From: Naegleria gruberi
Lineage: Eukaryota
NCBI GenBank assembly: GCA_000004985.1
Contig: GG739393.1
Reading direction: 5' to 3' (one strand)
Length of the DNA stretch: 1,525 bases
Within the stretch, counting starts at the first letter, position 1, and each line of letters opens with the position of its first letter. Of this stretch, positions 1 through 1,525 are shown piece after piece. The notes beneath the pieces were generated by a model. It was not told where the DNA came from. It ran no database searches and saw nothing but the letters and a program-made list of their open reading frames with translations. A program made the translations under genes and the position numbers.

Positions 1-40
1 ACACTTTCCTTAAACGTGGAATATAAAACACTTCCACCAT
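1..40 (-). CDS. Possible 5' end of a further minus-strand ORF running off the window (MVEVFYIPRLRKV...)
   Basis: Seen in sequence: ATG at 40..38 (minus), preceded by an in-frame TGA at 58..56, and open for 13 codons to the window edge. There is no SD (the upstream sequence is 'tttcttaaagATG'). Too short to judge coding potential; listed only because it sits 70 nt downstream of the small ORF in the same orientation. Confidence 0.2.
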   Translation of the reverse strand, partial: MVEVFYIPRLRKV

Positions 41-109
41 CTTTAAGAAATTGATTCAAGTAATTGGAAAGGAAACATAACTACATTCTCCCCTATTGGA
101 ATCTCTTGA

Positions 110-298
110 TCAAATCTCACATAATCGATTACCCAATGTATTCTTAATCAAAGAACTAATTCTCTGAAGAAATGCATAGACAACTACCAATGATTCATCA
201 TAGCGTTGTTTAATTAAGAATCTTCCTCCTTCAAATGTTATCTGCAATCGATTAATGTATCTATTGAAAACTTTATCCAAATCAGAGGCATATTTCAA
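110..298 (-). CDS. Small ORF (62 aa) with a degenerate DUF4116-like repeat signature; a genuine mini-gene, or a pseudogene / frameshifted C-terminal remnant of a DUF4116 paralog
   Basis: Seen in sequence: a 62-codon ORF from TTG (298..296) to TGA (112..110). Its only canonical start is TTG, with no ATG or GTG and no SD; the nearest purine-rich run, AAGGTGGA, lies about 45 nt upstream. Its product begins 'LKYASDLDKVF' and contains 'YDESLVVVYAF', matching 'SLKYASERL' and 'DDESLVSIAV' of one repeat unit in the large protein. The matches are encoded with different synonymous codons: TTG AAA TAT GCC TCT versus TTA AAG TAT GCA TCT, and GAT GAA TCA TTG GTA versus GAT GAA AGT CTC GTT. The same frame is open upstream of the TTG as far as a TGA at 424..422, giving 104 stop-free codons in 32% GC DNA and overlapping the 3' end of the large CDS by 46 nt. 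The codon bias looks coding-like. Confidence 0.35.
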   Translation of the reverse strand: MKYASDLDKVFNRYINRLQITFEGGRFLIKQRYDESLVVVYAFLQRISSLIKNTLGNRLCEI

Positions 299-375
299 TG
301 TTGTTTCGTCAATAATCTTATCGATATCGTATATCCACCTTTGTACAGGTAAGAAAAATAGAAATTCTTCAAAAC

Positions 376-1497
376 TTACATATATGTATACTTTCCAATT
401 TGTCCTCCTTTTTGGATGAGTTCAATATCTGCTTTGGATTGGTTGTCTTTACTATAAACATAATCATAGATTAGAAGTCTCATTACAGATTTGGAAATAG
501 AAGTAGATCCGTATTTTTCCAGCTCTGAGCTCTCTTTCTTAGCCTTATATAGAATAGTCCAATATAAATCTCTGCATTTAAAGTTGTGAGTTAATGGAGT
601 ATGAGGTAGGAGACTTTTTACGGGCAATTTTTCAACAATTTCTTCAATCCTACCGTCTCTAACATATTGATAGAGTTGAAATAGAAATTGAACATCCTCT
701 CTAAGTTGTTCGGTCTCTAGGACGTAATTTAAAATCTGTTTGTTCTCATAAAGTTTGTTAATTTTTACACAGTCCAAAATTAGTTCAGTATCCAATTTTT
801 TAAACGAGTAGAGGATGGCCAATCCAAAAGTTTTGGTAGCTGTCAAGATAATATTTGAATCACTTTGTAGGGAATTTGATGCAAATTTCAAAAGTTCACC
901 TTTTTTCTCAATGAGTGGAGTGATAAGATTCTTTCCATACTTGAATTTTTCAGAGGCGAATTGAATGGAAAGTGGATTTTGAGCAATCGCCATCTGAACT
1001 ATTTGTAAATCCTCTTTGAAAATACCTGGAACTATTTCAAGAAGCAATCCGTTCCTTTCTACATATTCCAATATCTTCATTTTGTCGTTTTTCAATTCTC
1101 TAGAAGCATATTCGAAAGAATAATAGTTTTGAGAAACTGCAAGATCAACTATTGTAGGATTATTCCTCAATCTTTCAGATGCATACTTTAAAGATAGTCC
1201 TCTCGATTTTACAGCAATAGAAACGAGACTTTCATCATCCTGAAAGGAGTTTGGAAGAAATTCCAAAGCATATCCATTAAATTCGAGCAACTCCTTCATT
1301 GTTTCAATGCTTACAGTATTCCAATCTGTAAATTTTTGGAGAAGCATTACATTTCTTTCTGTCAATTCTTTTACAGACATATTTTCCTTCATTTCCAAGT
1401 TTAAATAAGAAAATTCCTGTTTCATCAAGAAATTAATAAACACCTGCAGTGCTGGGCAATCAGTTTTGATTCGAATAAAGTGTTCTAAATAATCCAT
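376..1497 (-). CDS. DUF4116-like (YAS-motif) repeat protein, function unknown; the 5' end may extend beyond the window
   Basis: Seen in sequence: a 373-codon ORF from ATG (1497..1495) to TAA (378..376), with first-position purine / third-position A/T codon bias typical of coding sequence in AT-rich genomes. The translation contains about seven tandem degenerate units, for example 'DDESLVSIAVKSRGLSLKYASERLRNN', 'PTIVDLAVSQNYYSFEYASRELKNDKMKI', 'LQIVQMAIAQNPLSIQFASEKFKYGKNL' and 'ITPLIEKKGELLKFASNSLQSDSNI', sharing the pattern hV..AV.QN..L.YAS..L..D. Established knowledge (from memory, not searched): this matches the Pfam DUF4116 / PF13475 'conserved YAS motif' repeat. Caveat: the same frame has no stop between 1498 and 1525 (it reads ...VTKNNIIHG-MDYLEH...), so the start may lie upstream of the window. 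No SD-like motif is present in the 28 nt upstream of 1497. Confidence 0.85.
   Translation of the reverse strand: MDYLEHFIRIKTDCPALQVFINFLMKQEFSYLNLEMKENMSVKELTERNVMLLQKFTDWNTVSIETMKELLEFNGYALEFLPNSFQDDESLVSIAVKSRGLSLKYASERLRNNPTIVDLAVSQNYYSFEYASRELKNDKMKILEYVERNGLLLEIVPGIFKEDLQIVQMAIAQNPLSIQFASEKFKYGKNLITPLIEKKGELLKFASNSLQSDSNIILTATKTFGLAILYSFKKLDTELILDCVKINKLYENKQILNYVLETEQLREDVQFLFQLYQYVRDGRIEEIVEKLPVKSLLPHTPLTHNFKCRDLYWTILYKAKKESSELEKYGSTSISKSVMRLLIYDYVYSKDNQSKADIELIQKGGQIGKYTYM
793..1296 (-). other. Block of about seven protein-level YAS-motif (DUF4116-like) repeats within the large CDS (aa 68 to 235 approximately)
   Basis: The periodic recurrence of YAS/FAS preceded by 'AV/AI.QN' and followed by 'L..D' is visible in the ORF translation. 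At the DNA level the units are degenerate, for example 'gcatattcgaaagaata' versus 'gcatactttaaagatag' on the plus strand. The boundaries are approximate. Confidence 0.6.
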
Positions 1498-1509
1498 GCC
1501 ATGGATTAT
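1489..1509. promoter_or_regulatory. Perfect inverted repeat ATAATCCATG-c-CATGGATTAT (10-bp arms, 1-nt spacer) centred on the annotated start codon of the large CDS
   Basis: Seen in sequence: plus 1489..1498 'ataatccatg' is the exact reverse complement of 1500..1509 'catggattat', and the arms stop matching at 1488/1510. On the minus-strand transcript it would form an 8-9 bp stem with a 3-5 nt loop containing the AUG (1497..1495). It could be an operator for a dimeric DNA-binding protein, an mRNA hairpin occluding the start, or (if the CDS really starts further upstream) just a palindrome inside coding sequence. Confidence 0.35.
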
Positions 1510-1525
1510 GTTATTTTTCGTAACC

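Noticed and set aside
47-54. Plus-strand 'gaaattga', resembling the AAAATTGA early-promoter motif of mimivirus-like giant viruses (considered because DUF4116 also occurs in large DNA viruses and the GC content is low)
   Set aside because: It is a 7/8 match on the strand opposite to all the ORFs, and not positioned upstream of any gene start. A similar 'attattga' upstream of the small ORF is only 6/8. This is insufficient to suggest a viral origin.
63-101. Direct 7-mer repeat 'attggaa' (63..69 and 95..101) and a 9-mer 'tttccaatt' shared in opposite orientation between 62..70 (minus strand) and 392..400 (plus strand)
   Set aside because: Matches of this length are expected several times by chance in 1.5 kb of 32% GC sequence. 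There are no flanking features suggesting insertion-sequence ends or target-site duplications.
322-329. Small palindromes coinciding with restriction sites: cgatatcg (322..329, ClaI/EcoRV overlap), gagctc (528..533), ctgcag (1445..1450), ccatgg (1499..1504)
   Set aside because: The 6-8 bp palindromes are expected many times by chance in 1.5 kb. Only the 21-bp palindrome around ccatgg exceeds chance expectation and is reported separately.
346-354. Plus-strand 'caggtaaga', identical to a eukaryotic 5' splice-donor consensus
   Set aside because: It lies in a short intergenic stretch of what looks like compact, unspliced same-strand ORFs, with no plus-strand ORF context or branch/acceptor evidence. 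Almost certainly chance in AT-rich sequence.
403-410. Strong Shine-Dalgarno-like AAGGAGGA on the minus strand (plus-strand 'tcctcctt') near the 3' end of the large CDS
   Set aside because: It encodes the Gly-Gly of ...IQKGGQIGK. The only start-like codon at SD spacing (TTG at 398..396) opens a 9-codon frame, and the small ORF's TTG start is about 105 nt away, too far to use it. Most likely a coincidental consequence of GGA GGA codons.
521-534. Tandem 'agctctg agctctc' (7-bp unit x2) inside the large CDS
   Set aside because: Only two copies. It encodes ...SELEKY... in-frame and probably reflects codon repetition (GAG CTC AGA GCT) rather than a slippage-prone repeat.
1485-1502. 5-codon uORF (ATG GCA TGG ATT ATT TAG) overlapping the main start
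   Set aside because: It is a by-product of the palindrome (the second ATG is created by the inverted arm). Too short, and without an SD, to call as a feature; mentioned only within the palindrome finding.

Overview
The window is AT-rich (about 32% GC by eye) and all plausible coding capacity is on the minus strand. It holds three minus-strand items and no recognisable RNA gene, mobile element or CRISPR array.

- Main CDS (376..1497, minus, 373 aa): a repeat protein whose central 170 aa form roughly seven degenerate units of about 25 aa each. The units carry a recurring motif ('hV..AV.QN..L.YAS..L..D..hV', with YAS/FAS conserved), which I recognise from memory as the DUF4116 / PF13475 'YAS-motif' repeat family of unknown function. 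The repeats are flanked by an N-terminal region of about 75 aa and a C-terminal region of about 150 aa, neither of which I recognise. The reading frame remains open upstream to the window edge at 1525, so the true start could lie outside the window.

- Small ORF (110..298, minus, 62 aa, TTG start): it contains two exact 5-aa matches ('LKYAS', 'DESLV') to the YAS-repeat unit of the large protein, encoded with different synonymous codons. It looks like a decayed or independent mini-copy of the same repeat, or a frameshifted C-terminal remnant.

- Possible third ORF (ATG at 40..38, minus): only 13 codons are visible before it runs off the window.

No Shine-Dalgarno-like sequence precedes any of the three starts. 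The most notable non-coding signal is a perfect 10+1+10 bp palindrome (1489..1509) centred on the annotated ATG of the large CDS. Taxon cannot be fixed from the sequence; the composition and the lack of SD are compatible with, for example, Leptospira-like or other low-GC genomes, and DUF4116 also occurs in some eukaryotes and large DNA viruses.
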